DNA of 64,000 bases from Schmidtea nova (taxonomy: Eukaryota): contig CM097883.1 in NCBI GenBank assembly GCA_044892505.1, forward strand, positions 183,644,001-183,708,000, in the 5' to 3' direction. Within the stretch, counting starts at the first letter, position 1. The number at the start of each line of letters is the position of its first letter. Under the pieces are notes generated by a model. That model did not search any database. It was not told the origin of the DNA and saw only the letters and a list, made by a program, of their open reading frames with translations. The translations under genes and the position numbers were made by a program. Below are positions 34,906 to 47,260 of this stretch, piece after piece.

Positions 34906-37766
34906 ACGCATATTTTTAAAAATCATATTTAAAAAACATATTTTTAAAAATAAATAATAAAAATGTATGTTATTGTTATAATAATAAAAATAGTATTTGT
35001 AATGAATAAATAATATTATAAATAATAATAACAATAACAATATTAAAAATTTTACAAATAACAATAAAATATTATAAGAATAACAATATTATTACAAAAA
35101 TAGAAATATTAATAATACTTATGTTATTGTTATTAATGTAAATATTAGAATAANNNNNNNNNNNNNNNNNNNNNNNNNNNNNNNNNNNNNNNNNNNNNNN
35201 NNNNNNNNNNNNNNNNNNNNNNNNNNNNNNNNNNNNNNNNNNNNNNNNNNNNNNNNNNNNNNNNNNNNNNNNNNNNNNNNNACAATATTATTACAAAAAT
35301 AACAATAGAAATACTAATGTTATTGTTAATAATATTAATATAAGACTAATGATTAAAATAATGNNNNNNNNNNNNNNNNNNNNNNNNNNNNNNNNNNNNN
35401 NNNNNNNNNNNNNNNNNNNNNNNNNNNNNNNNNNNNNNNNNNNNNNNNNNNNNNNNNNNNNNNNNNNNNNNNNNNNNNNNNNNNNNNNNNNNNNNNNNNN
35501 NNNNNNNNNNNNNNNNNNNNNNNNNNNNNNNNNNNNNNNNNNNNNNNNNNNNNNNNNNNNNNNNNNNNNNNNNNNNNNNNNNNNNNNNNNNNNNNNNNNN
35601 NNNNNNNNNNNNNNNNNNNNNNNNNNNNAAATATTATTATGAAAAATAATAATAAAAATAATACGTAAAATATTAAAAGAAAAATAATAATAAAAAAAAA
35701 ATTAATAATAAAAATATTAAAGTATTTGTTATTAATATCAATAATAATTATTACATATAAATAATAATGTTAAAAACAATAATAATGGTAATAATGAATT
35801 AATAATAGTAATAATGGATGAATAATAATGTTAAAAATAATAATAATTATGGTAATAATGNNNNNNNNNNNNNNNNNNNNNNNNNNNNNNNNNNNNNNNN
35901 NNNNNNNNNNNNNNNNNNNNNNNNNNNNNNNNNNNNNNNNNNNNNNNNNNNNNNNNNNNNNNNNNNNNNNNNNNNNNNNNNNNNNNNNNNNNNNNNNNNN
36001 NNNNNNNNNNNNNNNNNNNNNNNNNNNNNNNNNNNNNNNNNNNNNNNNNNNNNNNNNNNNNNNNNNNNNNNNNNNNAAAATATTAATAGAAAAATTAATA
36101 ATAGAAATGGTAATGCCATTGTTTTTAATAACAATAATGATAATAAAAATAATAATAAATNNNNNNNNNNNNNNNNNNNNNNNNNNNNNNNNNNNNNNNN
36201 NNNNNNNNNNNNNNNNNNNNNNNNNNNNNNNNNNNNNNNNNNNNNNNNNNNNNNNNNNNNNNNNNNNNNNNNNNNNNNNNNNNNNNNNNNNNNNNNNNNN
36301 NNNNNNNNNNNNNNNNNNNNNNNNNNNNNNNNNNNNNNNNNNNNNNNNNNNNNNNNNNNNNNNNNNNNNNNNNNNNNNNNNNNNNNNNNNNNNNNNNNNN
36401 NNNAATTTGATTATTTAAATACACTTAAGAATAATAAGAATAATATTTATACAGATAATTTAATTATATATAAAATATCACAAGAATAGCATTATTATTA
36501 CAAAAATAACAATAGTATAATAAATTAGTGTTAACGTTATTGTTGTTATAAAAAAAGATAATAATAAAATCATAGTAAAATAATAATCATAATAAAAAAA
36601 AAATAAGAAGAATAAGAAGAATAAGAAGAATAATAAGAAAAAAAATAAGAAAAAAAAACAATAAGAAAAATAATAATAATAAAAGATTATTAATAAAAAA
36701 TGTTATTGTTATTAATATAAGAATAAGAATAATAATGATAATGATAAAATAATAAGAAAAATTATAATTATAAAAAATTATTAATAAAAATGTTATTGTT
36801 ATTAATATAATAATAAAAATTATAATTATAATGATAAATAAATAAAGAATAATAATAATAATAATAAAAAATAATAAAAATAATAATGGTAATAATGTTA
36901 TTAATAAAATTTTAATTATTAAAAATAAAAATAATAATGATAATAATAATAATTTTTACTAATTATATTTAATAATATATTATTATTTATTAAAAGAACT
37001 TCTTTAAAAATTAATTGATATTAAAGTTCTTGTTATAAGATCATTATCTAATAATTAATATAAAATATTTAATAATAATTACAATAATAAAAATTTAAGT
37101 AAATAATTTTAATATTATGAAAAATAATAATAATTGATTTCAATTATTATATTCTTAACTAGAATTGTTTTAATAATTAGTAAACACAAAGATGTAAAAT
37201 TTAAATTATTTACAAGTAATTTAAAAATATTAATTTACTATAATAATTTTCATATAGAACATATTATTTGCTATGATAGAAAATAAATTATTTATTAATA
37301 ATTAATTTACAAAAACCTTAATTACTAAAAAATTTGTAAAAAATAAAACAATAAGTAATATTAATCAATATTCAAATTAATTTTATATTCAAATTAATTA
37401 ATTAATTATTATAAAAAATTAGAATAATTATAATTAAAACTAGAATTGTTTTAATAATTAGTTATAAAATAAAAATTCAAATTCAAAAATTGTAAATAAT
37501 TTTCAAAAATTAGTAAACACTACAAAACTAATTAAAAAATAATTAATAATTTAAATAATATAGTTAATTATTTTAAGTTCTCATTAGTATTTATTAACTT
37601 ATCTATGATAAACATTACAAATCTCTTTGAATAATAAATAAAGATTATCCGTTAAATTACAAAATTGATAAAGAAAACTAATTATTAAATAATTTAAATT
37701 AATATTTATATACAAAGGTAATTAATTATAAATTGCAATCATTAAATAAATTATTAAAATACTTAC

Positions 37767-37937
37767 AGTTACTTTCTTTTCTCTTTTCATCGTTAAATTT
37801 ATTTTCTTTTGGATTATCCATTGTTTCAGATGTTTCAACATTGTAACCAATAAAGTTGTTCATATTGTTGTCGACATCGTTGTTGTAATCATTGATCATG
37901 GTAATATCCATATTGTTGATGTTGTTGTTCATTTTAT
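37767..37937 (-). CDS. Spliced Asn-rich exon at the centre of the foldback element (MNNNINNMD...KRKESN)
   Basis: 48-nt GTAAG...TTTTAG intron at 37985-37938 upstream; ATG at 37932; GTAAGT donor at 37766. Confidence 0.5.
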
Positions 37938-38330
37938 CTAAAATAAGTTGATTATTTAAAAAATTTAAAACAAAAATTAACTTACCAAATTTAGGTTGCA
38001 GTAAAAAGTGATTCTCAAATGAAAAACTATTGTTTATATACTAAATTCAAAACTTTTTAAACAATCAAATTCGAGGAAACATACGCACACGTTTGTAAAT
38101 ACCACAGTGTAATTTATTTTTACAATTAAACTTTTTAAAAATTATTAAACACATAATTTATTGTCATAAATATATGTCATCATTTAATGATAAATATCAA
38201 TTATTATTAAAATACAATGTAATAAATTAAGATTAATTTTAAAGTTAAATTACACTAATAAATTATAAAAATTATTACAAGTAATTAAAATCAAATAAAA
38301 AAAAAAGTTTAATTATTCGATAAATTGTAA

Positions 38331-38420
38331 ATTAATTGAAATAAAAATTAATTAATTGAAATAAAAATTAATTAATTGAAATAAAAATTAATTAATTAAA
38401 ATAAAAATTAATTAATTAAA
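38331..38420. repeat. 20-bp tandem repeat (AATTAATTGAAATAAAAATT) x4-5 in the foldback spacer
   Basis: Direct reading of the sequence. Confidence 0.85.
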
Positions 38421-41252
38421 AGTAAACTAATTATTCACAAAGTTATTAGTTTTTACATAATGTATTATTGTAGAGAATTAGAATATAAATTGTTACAGTG
38501 AAAACATAATTAAAGTATCAATCAGCAAATAAAATCAATTATTTACAACAAAACCCACGTGTAACACGATAATTTTTAAATTTCTAATCAAACAATTTAG
38601 TGGAAAATTTATACATATAATGAAAACTCTAAAAAAGTATTTTAAAATTACAAAAATAACAATAAAAAATGTGTGCAACAAGAAAAATGACTAATTTTAT
38701 ATTTTAATTTAAGCCATTTTATAGGAAATTAAATTCTACATATACACTGTTAATGTGAAAACTCATTATCTTTATTACAACATCAAAGAAAACCAATTAA
38801 TAACAACAAAACATGTGTGCAGCGCGCAAAACACAACATTTTAAACATCTGAAACAATGGATAATCCAAAAGAAAAGAAATTTAACGATGAAAAGAGAAA
38901 AGAAAGTAACTGTAAGTATTTTAATAATTTATTTAATGATTGCAATTTATAATTAATAACCTTTGCATATAAATATTAATTTAAATTATTTAATAATTAG
39001 TTTTCTTTATTAATTTTGTAATTTAACGGATAATCTTTATTTATTATTCAAAGAGATTTGTAATGTTTATCATAGATAAGTTAATAAATACTAATGAGAA
39101 CTTAAAATAATTAACTATATTATTTAAATTATTAATTATTTTTTAATTAGTTTTGTAGTGTTTACTAATTTTTGAAAATTATTTACAATTTTTGAATTTG
39201 AATTTTTATTTTATAACTAATTATTAAAACAATTCTAGTTTTAATTATAATTATTCTAATTTTTTATAATAATTAATTAATTAATTTGAATATAAAATTA
39301 ATTTGAATATTGATTAATATTACTTATTGTTTTATTTTTTACAAATTTTTTAGTAATTAAGGTTTTTGTAAATTAATTATTAATAAATAATTTATTTTCT
39401 ATCATAGCAAATAATATGTTCTATATGAAAATTATTATAGTAAATTAATATTTTTAAATTACTTGTAAATAATTTAAATTTTACATCTTTGTGTTTACTA
39501 ATTATTAAAACAATTCTAGTTAAGAATATAATAATTGAAATCAATTATTATTATTTTTCATAATATTAAAATTATTTACTTAAATTTTTATTATTGTAAT
39601 TATTATTAAATATTTTATATTAATTATTAGATAATGATCTTATAACAAGAACTTTAATATCAATTAATTTTTAAAGAAGTTCTTTTAATAAATAATAATA
39701 TATTATTAAATATAATTAGTAAATATTATTATTATCATTATTATTTTTATTTTTAATAATTAAAATTTTATTAATAACATTATTACCATTATTATTTTTA
39801 TTATTTTTTATTATTATTATTATTCTTTATTTATTTATCATTATAATTATAATTTTTATTATTATATTAATAACAATAACATTTTTATTAATAATTTTTT
39901 ATAATTATAATTTTTCTTATTATTTTATCATTATCATTATTATTCTTATTCTTATATTAATAACAATAACATTTTTTATTAATAATCTTTTATTATTATT
40001 ATTTTTCTTATTGTTTTTTTTTCTTATTTTTTTTTCTTATTATTTTTCTTATTCTTCTTATTCTTCTTATTTTTTTTTATTATGATTATTATTTTACTAT
40101 GATTTTATTATTATCTTTTTTTATAACAACAATAACGTTAACACTAATTTATTATACTATTGTTATTTTTGTAATAATAATGCTATTCTTGTGATATTTT
40201 ATATATAATTAAATTATCTGTATAAATATTATTCTTATTATTCTTAAGTGTATTTAAATAATCAAATTNNNNNNNNNNNNNNNNNNNNNNNNNNNNNNNN
40301 NNNNNNNNNNNNNNNNNNNNNNNNNNNNNNNNNNNNNNNNNNNNNNNNNNNNNNNNNNNNNNNNNNNNNNNNNNNNNNNNNNNNNNNNNNNNNNNNNATT
40401 AATTATTATTTTTATTATCATTATTGTTATTAATAACAATGGCATTACCATTTCTATTATTAATTTTTCTATTAATATTTTNNNNNNNNNNNNNNNNNNN
40501 NNNNNNNNNNNNNNNNNNNNNNNNNNNNNNNNNNNNNNNNNNNNNNNNNNNNNNNNNNNNNNNNNNNNNNNNNNNNNNNNNNNNNNNNNNNNNNNNNNNN
40601 NNNNNNNNNNNNNNNNNNNNNNNNNNNNNNNNNNNNNNNNNNNNNNNNNNNNNNNNNNNNNNNNNCCATAATTATTATTATTTTTAACATTATTATTTAT
40701 CCATTATTACTATTATTAATTCATTATTACCATTATTATTGTTTTTAACATTATTATTTATATGTAATAATTATTATTGATATTAATAACAAATACTTTA
40801 ATATTTTTATTATTAATTTTTTTTATTATTATTTTTCTTTTAATATTTTACGTATTATTTTTATTATTATTTTTCATAATAATATGATTATTTTNNNNNN
40901 NNNNNNNNNNNNNNNNNNNNNNNNNNNNNNNNNNNNNNNNNNNNNNNNNNNNNNNNNNNNNNNNNNNNNNNNNNNNNNNNNNNNNNNNNNNNNNNNNNNN
41001 NNNNNNNNNNNNNNNNNNNNNNNNNNNNNNNNNNNNNNNNNNNNNNNNNNNNNNNNNNNNNNNNNNNNNNNNNNNNNNNNNNNNNNNNNNNNNNNNNNNN
41101 NNNNNNNNNNNNNNNNNNNNNNNNNNNNNNNNNNNNNNCATTATTTTAATCATTAGTCTTATATTAATATTATTAACAATAACATTAGTATTTCTATTGT
41201 TATTTTTGTAATAATATTGTTATTTTTGTATAATTTTATTATTATTTTTAAA

Positions 41253-41283
<31 letters not shown>

Positions 41284-41292
41284 TCAATATTA

Positions 41293-41327
<35 letters not shown>

Positions 41328-44300
41328 TTTATCATTATCATTAATATTATTCTAATATTTACATTAATAACAATAACATAAGTATTATTAATATTTCTAT
41401 TTTTGTAATAATATTGTTATTCTTATAATATTTTATTGTTATTTGTAAAATTTTTAATATTGTTATTGTTATTATTATTTATAATATTATTTATTCATTA
41501 CAAATACTATTTTTATTATTATAACAATAACATACATTTTTATTATTTATTTTTAAAAATATTATTTTTTCTATTAATATTATTATTATATTTTATTATT
41601 ATTTTTTTTTTTTAATTATTAATAATTCATTATTACGATTATTATTATTATTTTNNNNNNNNNNNNNNNNNNNNNNNNNNNNNNNNNNNNNNNNNNNNNN
41701 NNNNNNNNNNNNNNNNNNNNNNNNNNNNNNNNNNNNNNNNNNNNNNNNNNNNNNNNNNNNNNNNNNNNNNNNNNNNNNNNNNNNNNNNNNNNNNNNNNNN
41801 NNNNNNNNNNNNNNNNNNNNNNNNNNNNNNNNNNNNNNNNNNNNNNNNNNNNNNNNNNNATACCTTTAATATTTATATTATTATTATTTTTCTTTTATTA
41901 TTTTTAATATTATTTGTATTACTATTATTATTTTTCCTAAACATATGATTATTATTATGATTATTATGATTATTATTATTATTATTTTATTATTATAATT
42001 ACTATTTTTATTATTATAACAATTATATACATTTTTATTATTTATTTTTAAAAATATTATTTTTCCTATTAATAAAATTATTATTATTCTTATTATTATT
42101 TTTTTTTTAATTATTATAATTATTATAAATATCATTATTACCATAATTATTATTATTTTNNNNNNNNNNNNNNNNNNNNNNNNNNNNNNNNNNNNNNNNN
42201 NNNNNNNNNNNNNNNNNNNNNNNNNNNNNNNNNNNNNNNNNNNNNNNNNNNNNNNNNNNNNNNNNNNNNNNNNNNNNNNNNNNNNNNNNNNNNNNNNNNN
42301 NNNNNNNNNNNNNNNNNNNNNNNNNNNNNNNNNNNNNNNNNNNNNNATANNNNNNNNNNNNNNNNNNNNNNNNNNNNNNNNNNNNNNNNNNNNNNNNNNN
42401 NNNNNNNNNNNNNNNNNNNNNNNNNNNNNNNNNNNNNNNNNNNNNNNNNNNNNNNNNNNNNNNNNNNNNNNNNNNNNNNNNNNNNNNNNNNNNNTCATTC
42501 TTATTAATATTATTCTTATATTAGTATTACTAATATTGCTATTTTTGTAATAATATTGTTATTCTTGTATTATTTTATCATTATTTTTAAAATTATATTG
42601 GTATTATTATTATTATTAATATTATTATTTCATCTTTTATAATTACTATTCTTATTAATATAACAATAACATACATTTTTATTATTTATTTTTAATAATA
42701 TCATTTTTCNNNNNNNNNNNNNNNNNNNNNNNNNNNNNNNNNNNNNNNNNNNNNNNNNNNNNNNNNNNNNNNNNNNNNNNNNNNNNNNNNNNNNNNNNNN
42801 NNNNNNNNNNNNNNNNNNNNNNNNNNNNNNNNNNNNNNNNNNNNNNNNNNNNNNNNNNNNNNNNNNNNNNNNNNNNNNNNNNNNNNNNNNNNNNNNNNNN
42901 NNNNNNNNNNNNNNNNNNNNNNNNNNNNNNNNNNNNNNNNNNNNNNNNNNNNNNNNNNNNNNNNNNNNNNNNNNNNNNNNNNNNNNNNNNNNNNNNNNNN
43001 NNNNNNNNNNNNNNNNNNNNNNNNNNNNNNNNNNNNNNNNNNNNNNNNNNNNNNNNNNNNNNNNNNNNNNNNNNNNNNNNNNNNNNNNNNNNNNNNNNNN
43101 NNNNNNNNNNNNNNNNNNNNNNNNNNNNNNNNNNNNNNNNNNNNNNNNNNNNNNNNNNNNNNNNNNNNNNNNNNNNNNNNNNNNNNNNNNNNNNNNNNNN
43201 NNNNNNNNNNNNNNNNNNNNNNNNNNNNNNNNNNNNNNNNNNNNNNNNNNNNNNNNNNNNNNNNNNNNNNNNNNNNNNNNNNNNNNNNNNNNNNNNNNNN
43301 NNNNNNNNNNNNNNNNNNNNNNNNNNNNNNNNNNNNNNNNNNNNNNNNNNNNNNNNNNNNNNNNNNNNNNNNNNNNNNNNNNNNNNNNNNNNNNNNNNNN
43401 NNNNNNNNNNNNNNNNNNNNNNNNNNNNNNNNNNNNNNNNNNNNNNNNNNNNNNNNNNNNNNNNNNNNNNNNNNNNNNNNNNNNNNNNNNNNNNNNNNNN
43501 NNNNNNNNNNNNNNNNNNNNNNNNNNNNNNNNNNNNNNNNNNNNNNNNNNNNNNNNNNNNNNNNNNNNNNNNNNNNNNNNNNNNAAAATTAAATTATATA
43601 TCGAAAGTTATTAGTTAAAAAATATGTCGAACATCTATTCGGTATGTTAATCACCTAATTAAAATAAAAAATAAATGTCATTCAATAATAAAAATATTGA
43701 CATGTGTTATTTGGTGCATATAATGATTATTGTATGTGTGTGTTTTTATCTTAACAACATCCTCCCCGGGGACTATTTATTGATGTGTGTATGTTTACCC
43801 TAGTAACAACTGCATTGGAGATGATATATTGATGTGTGTGTGTGTGTGTTTACCCTAGTAACAACTGCATTGGGGATGATATATTGGTGTGTGTGTGTGT
43901 GTTTAACTTACCTACAGGTTCCGAGGGGACTCCTTATACGCGCGTGTTTATCTTAGCAACAGATTCCAATGCACTACACTTTAATGTGCGTATTTACCCT
44001 AGCAATATCTTCCCGGTAATTATATATTAATGTGTGTGCTTACCTTAGCAATAACTGCCTCGAGGAATATATTGATGTGTGTGTTAACCCTGGCAACAGG
44101 ATCCTCGGGGAATATATACTGATGTGTGTTTACCCTAGCAACACCTGCATTGAGGAATATCTTGATGTGTGTATTTACCTTAGCAACATCTCCCCGGTGA
44201 TTATATAGTAATGTGTGTGCTTACCTTAGCAATACCTGTCTCGAGGAATATTTTGATGTGTGTGTGTGTTTACCCTGGCAACAGGTTCATCGGGGAATAT

Positions 44301-44704
44301 ATATATTGATGTGTGTGCACGTTCACCCTGACAACACCTGAATTGAGGAATATCTTGATGTGTGTATTTACCCTAGCAACAGTTGCTAGTTGAAAAAAGT
44401 GGGGCTGTGCGCTCACTTTCTCCTACTTTTATTGAAAAGTTTAATTAAAGTTGTTAGAGGTAAAATCAATATAAGTGAATCTAATAGAAAAGTTTTGAAC
44501 AAACACGATAAACCATTGTTATCACTCGTAAAAACAAAAAATAGAAAACTAATGCGTAAAATAATATATAAACAACAAGGAAGATTTATTGCAGCATTGT
44601 TACCATTATCATTATTGGGATGTGCTGATTTACTAGGAAAACGGTCATAAACAATCGGACAATCGTTGCCTAATCTTATTTTAAACTTTAAATCTTCTTT
44701 TTTA

Positions 44705-45447
44705 ATGGATAGGATATGAACGAACCCAAAACACGAAGCAGTTTTCGGTGGAGTCAAAAGGCTAAGCAAAAATGTATTGAATTCGAGAAAACAGACTCAA
44801 AGTTGGTTATCGGGGCAACTTCTAGACAAACCGATGCTGAAATGTTTTTCGACTCGAGCATATAAAACATAGAATTAATGATTTGCTGGAAATGGATTTG
44901 ACAGAAATGATTCAGTATTCAACAATTAACAAGGGATAAAAGTATATTTAAACATGTATTGATGTTTACAGTCGTTTTGCTAGGGCTATTCGAGTAAAAT
45001 CTAAATTTGCTAATGAAATGGCTTTTGCAATCAAAACAATGTTCAAAAGTGGGCGTCCAACTAATTTACAAACTGATTTGGGTAAGTTTATATATATTAT
45101 TTTATAAAATGATAATTATTTATCTAGGTAAGGAATTTTATAATAGTAAAGTCAAGGAAGTTCTAAATAAAATCAATCATTACTCGGTATTCTTTCAATT
45201 CAAAGCAGCTCATGTTGAAAGATTTAGTCTTACATTAGGAGATCGTCTGAAGAAATATTTTGTGCATCAAGGGAATAAAACATGGATTAATGTTTTATCA
45301 CAAATGATTCATAGTTATAATCATTCTGCTCATCGAGGTAATAATGCAAATAAACCTGCTGAAGTAGTTGATTGTGAAAATATTATGAATGATACGAAAA
45401 TAAAGAAATCAAAATATAAAATTGGTGATGATGTTCGAATTATTTTA
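44705..45447 (+). pseudogene. Maverick retroviral-like integrase with a 46-nt intron (45082-45127)
   Basis: AVFGGV, EMDL, CIDVYSR, LQTDLG|KEFYN, AAHVERF, YNHSAH and YKIGDDVRI motifs; several stops and frameshifts. Confidence 0.9.
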
Positions 45448-46460
45448 CCAATATTTTACCAAGCAATAGTTGTTCTGATATACATTCAGATAACAGTGCC
45501 ATTAAATCCATAGTCAATCTACAAAATCCGATTTATTTAGAGTGTATTTTGAAAGTCGCTCTCTTGGACTTTTCATTTGTGTAAAATCATTTCCATTTTA
45601 TAGTAAAGCCAAAAATGAATTCAAAATGAAACAATTGCAGTCACATTATAAAAATATTGTAATTGACAATGAAGTAGATGAAATTGATATATCTGATCCT
45701 GCCAATGATATTCCTCAAATATAAAGCGATAAGAATTTTCTTTATTTCAACTGTATTTATTACCCCTTCACTATAACATTTGATACTTTGGCAATGACAA
45801 AAAGATTAAAATTACCGAAACAGAGTTATCAAGGTCCTACAGATATATACAAAATGCGGTTACCTGGATATAGCAAATTTGGAGAAAAGTTGGAAAAAAA
45901 TAGAATAAAGATAGAGTACAAGGCTGATACTAAATTTACATATACATTTAACGATAATTTTTACATATTGAAATTGGAAGAACTGCAATCATATTTGAAT
46001 CAAAATTGTGCAAGTATTTTTAAATCATTGAAATTGGTAGATGACTTACTTCAAATTCAGTTTGAATACGGATATTAGTAAAGTTACTTTTCCCAGAAAC
46101 CTCACAAAAACATTAGGACTAGCGAAACAAACATATACTGAAGATGGAAAAACAAATGAAGAAATACATAAACCAAAAATAATTAAACTTCATCAACAAT
46201 TATTCATCTACAGTAATACAGTGAATCCTATAATTGTTGGCGAATCTTTAGTTCCCATGTTAAAGTTGGTATGGATTGAAAAACATGAACAGGATGAAGT
46301 TGTGCAAATACAAGTAGAAAATCCCATGTTTTTATCGGTTTCAACTTCTTGTATAAACAATATAGAAATTAATATCAGAGATGATAGAGGTAATTTAATA
46401 AACTTTCCAAAAGATTCAAAAACTCATTTGACTCTACATTTTCGAAAAAGCGATAAGTAA
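45442..46460 (+). pseudogene. Maverick minor capsid (penton) protein, frameshifted
   Basis: LP..SNS N-terminus; C-terminal LFIYSN...IVGESLVPML...IEINIRDDRG...LTLHFRK. Confidence 0.85.
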
Positions 46461-46850
46461 TCCCAATATAATTTCATTGTACAGTAATAGCCAAACTGGT
46501 GGCGATTTATCGTATTTTGTAGGGAAACAGTATGGATCAGATTGATTGAAAACTATTGGAAGATTTGCACTTTCGATTTCTAAACAAATAGATAGTTTTG
46601 GAATGAAAACTGCTAGAGATGTGATCATGAAAGATCATAAAATATTACCTTCATTGAAAACAAATGCTTTGGCTGCACTTAATAAAGCTTTTCCTTCTAT
46701 TACAAATGCTCCCTTCTATTACAAATGCTTCCTTCTATTACAAATATGTTTACAAAAATTGAACCAGAACCTGAACCGGTAAGGCCAAGACGTAAAAAAG
46801 GTAGAAAACGTATAAACGAACGAATGAAAGGTCACGGAACTATATTTAAA
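46454..46850 (+). pseudogene. Maverick small core-like protein
   Basis: SQTGGDLSYFVGKQYGS..KTIGRFAL pattern located between penton and capsid. Confidence 0.55.
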
Positions 46851-46852
46851 GA

Positions 46853-47260
46853 ATGATTTGCGGTAAATCTGAATTATGTATTTTTGATTGACCATCACCC
46901 CAAGCTGTTATTGAATATGGAGTATTTGAAGATGTATTTCCAATGAATTCTATTACAGATAGTAGAAATGATGTGAAATTTTACATTAACGGTTCTCAAA
47001 CCGAATATTTAGATTTGAACCATACTTTATTATGCGTTACTGTCAAGGTTGCAGATAAAGATAAAATTAAATTAGCTGATGCGAGTGATGTAGTACCAAA
47101 TAATTACCTGTTTCATACACTCTTCAAAGATGCGATTCCTAGATTTAATAATATAAAAATTGAGGGTGGAAACAATACATATGCACACAAGGCAATAATC
47201 GAAACTATTTTAAATTATACGAGTGATGCAAAAGAAACTTGTATTTCTGACCTAAAGTAA
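46853..47260 (+). pseudogene. Maverick major capsid protein, N-terminal part only (cut off by the right TIR)
   Basis: CGKSELCIF, FYINGSQTEYLDLNHTLL, NNYLFHTLF and YAHKAIIETILNY motifs. Confidence 0.9.

Larger units (their letters stand above)
34411..44427. mobile_element. Non-autonomous Maverick-type foldback element, 10,017 bp, arms 34411-37835 and 38843-44427
   Basis: AGTAGGGGAAAGTGAGCGCACAGCCCC / GGGGCTGTGCGCTCACTTTCTCCTACT termini; 6-bp TSD TTTATT (34405-10 and 44428-33); the arms are reverse complements with scattered substitutions. Confidence 0.93.
34330..44650 (+). pseudogene. Small basic Maverick core/pX-like gene split by the nested element (34330-34410 plus 44434-44650)
   Basis: Removing 34411-44427 and one TTTATT restores MSILQSFPNYVIDDLLKSLIKVVRGKINIS...QQGRFIAALLPL, which resembles the GGFLPAL motif. 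Confidence 0.75.

Noticed and set aside
35154-43584. ORFs full of X and I/N/L-rich ORFs across the N runs (also 2411-2838)
   Set aside because: Artefacts of N runs and (TAA)n low-complexity DNA. The N runs are mirrored in both arms, which suggests masking of simple repeats rather than true gaps.
34411-44427. Giant palindrome as a long-read assembly artefact
   Set aside because: The arms differ by substitutions and indels, and the exact 6-bp TSD, Maverick-type termini and restored target ORF argue for a real insertion; read-level confirmation is still advisable.
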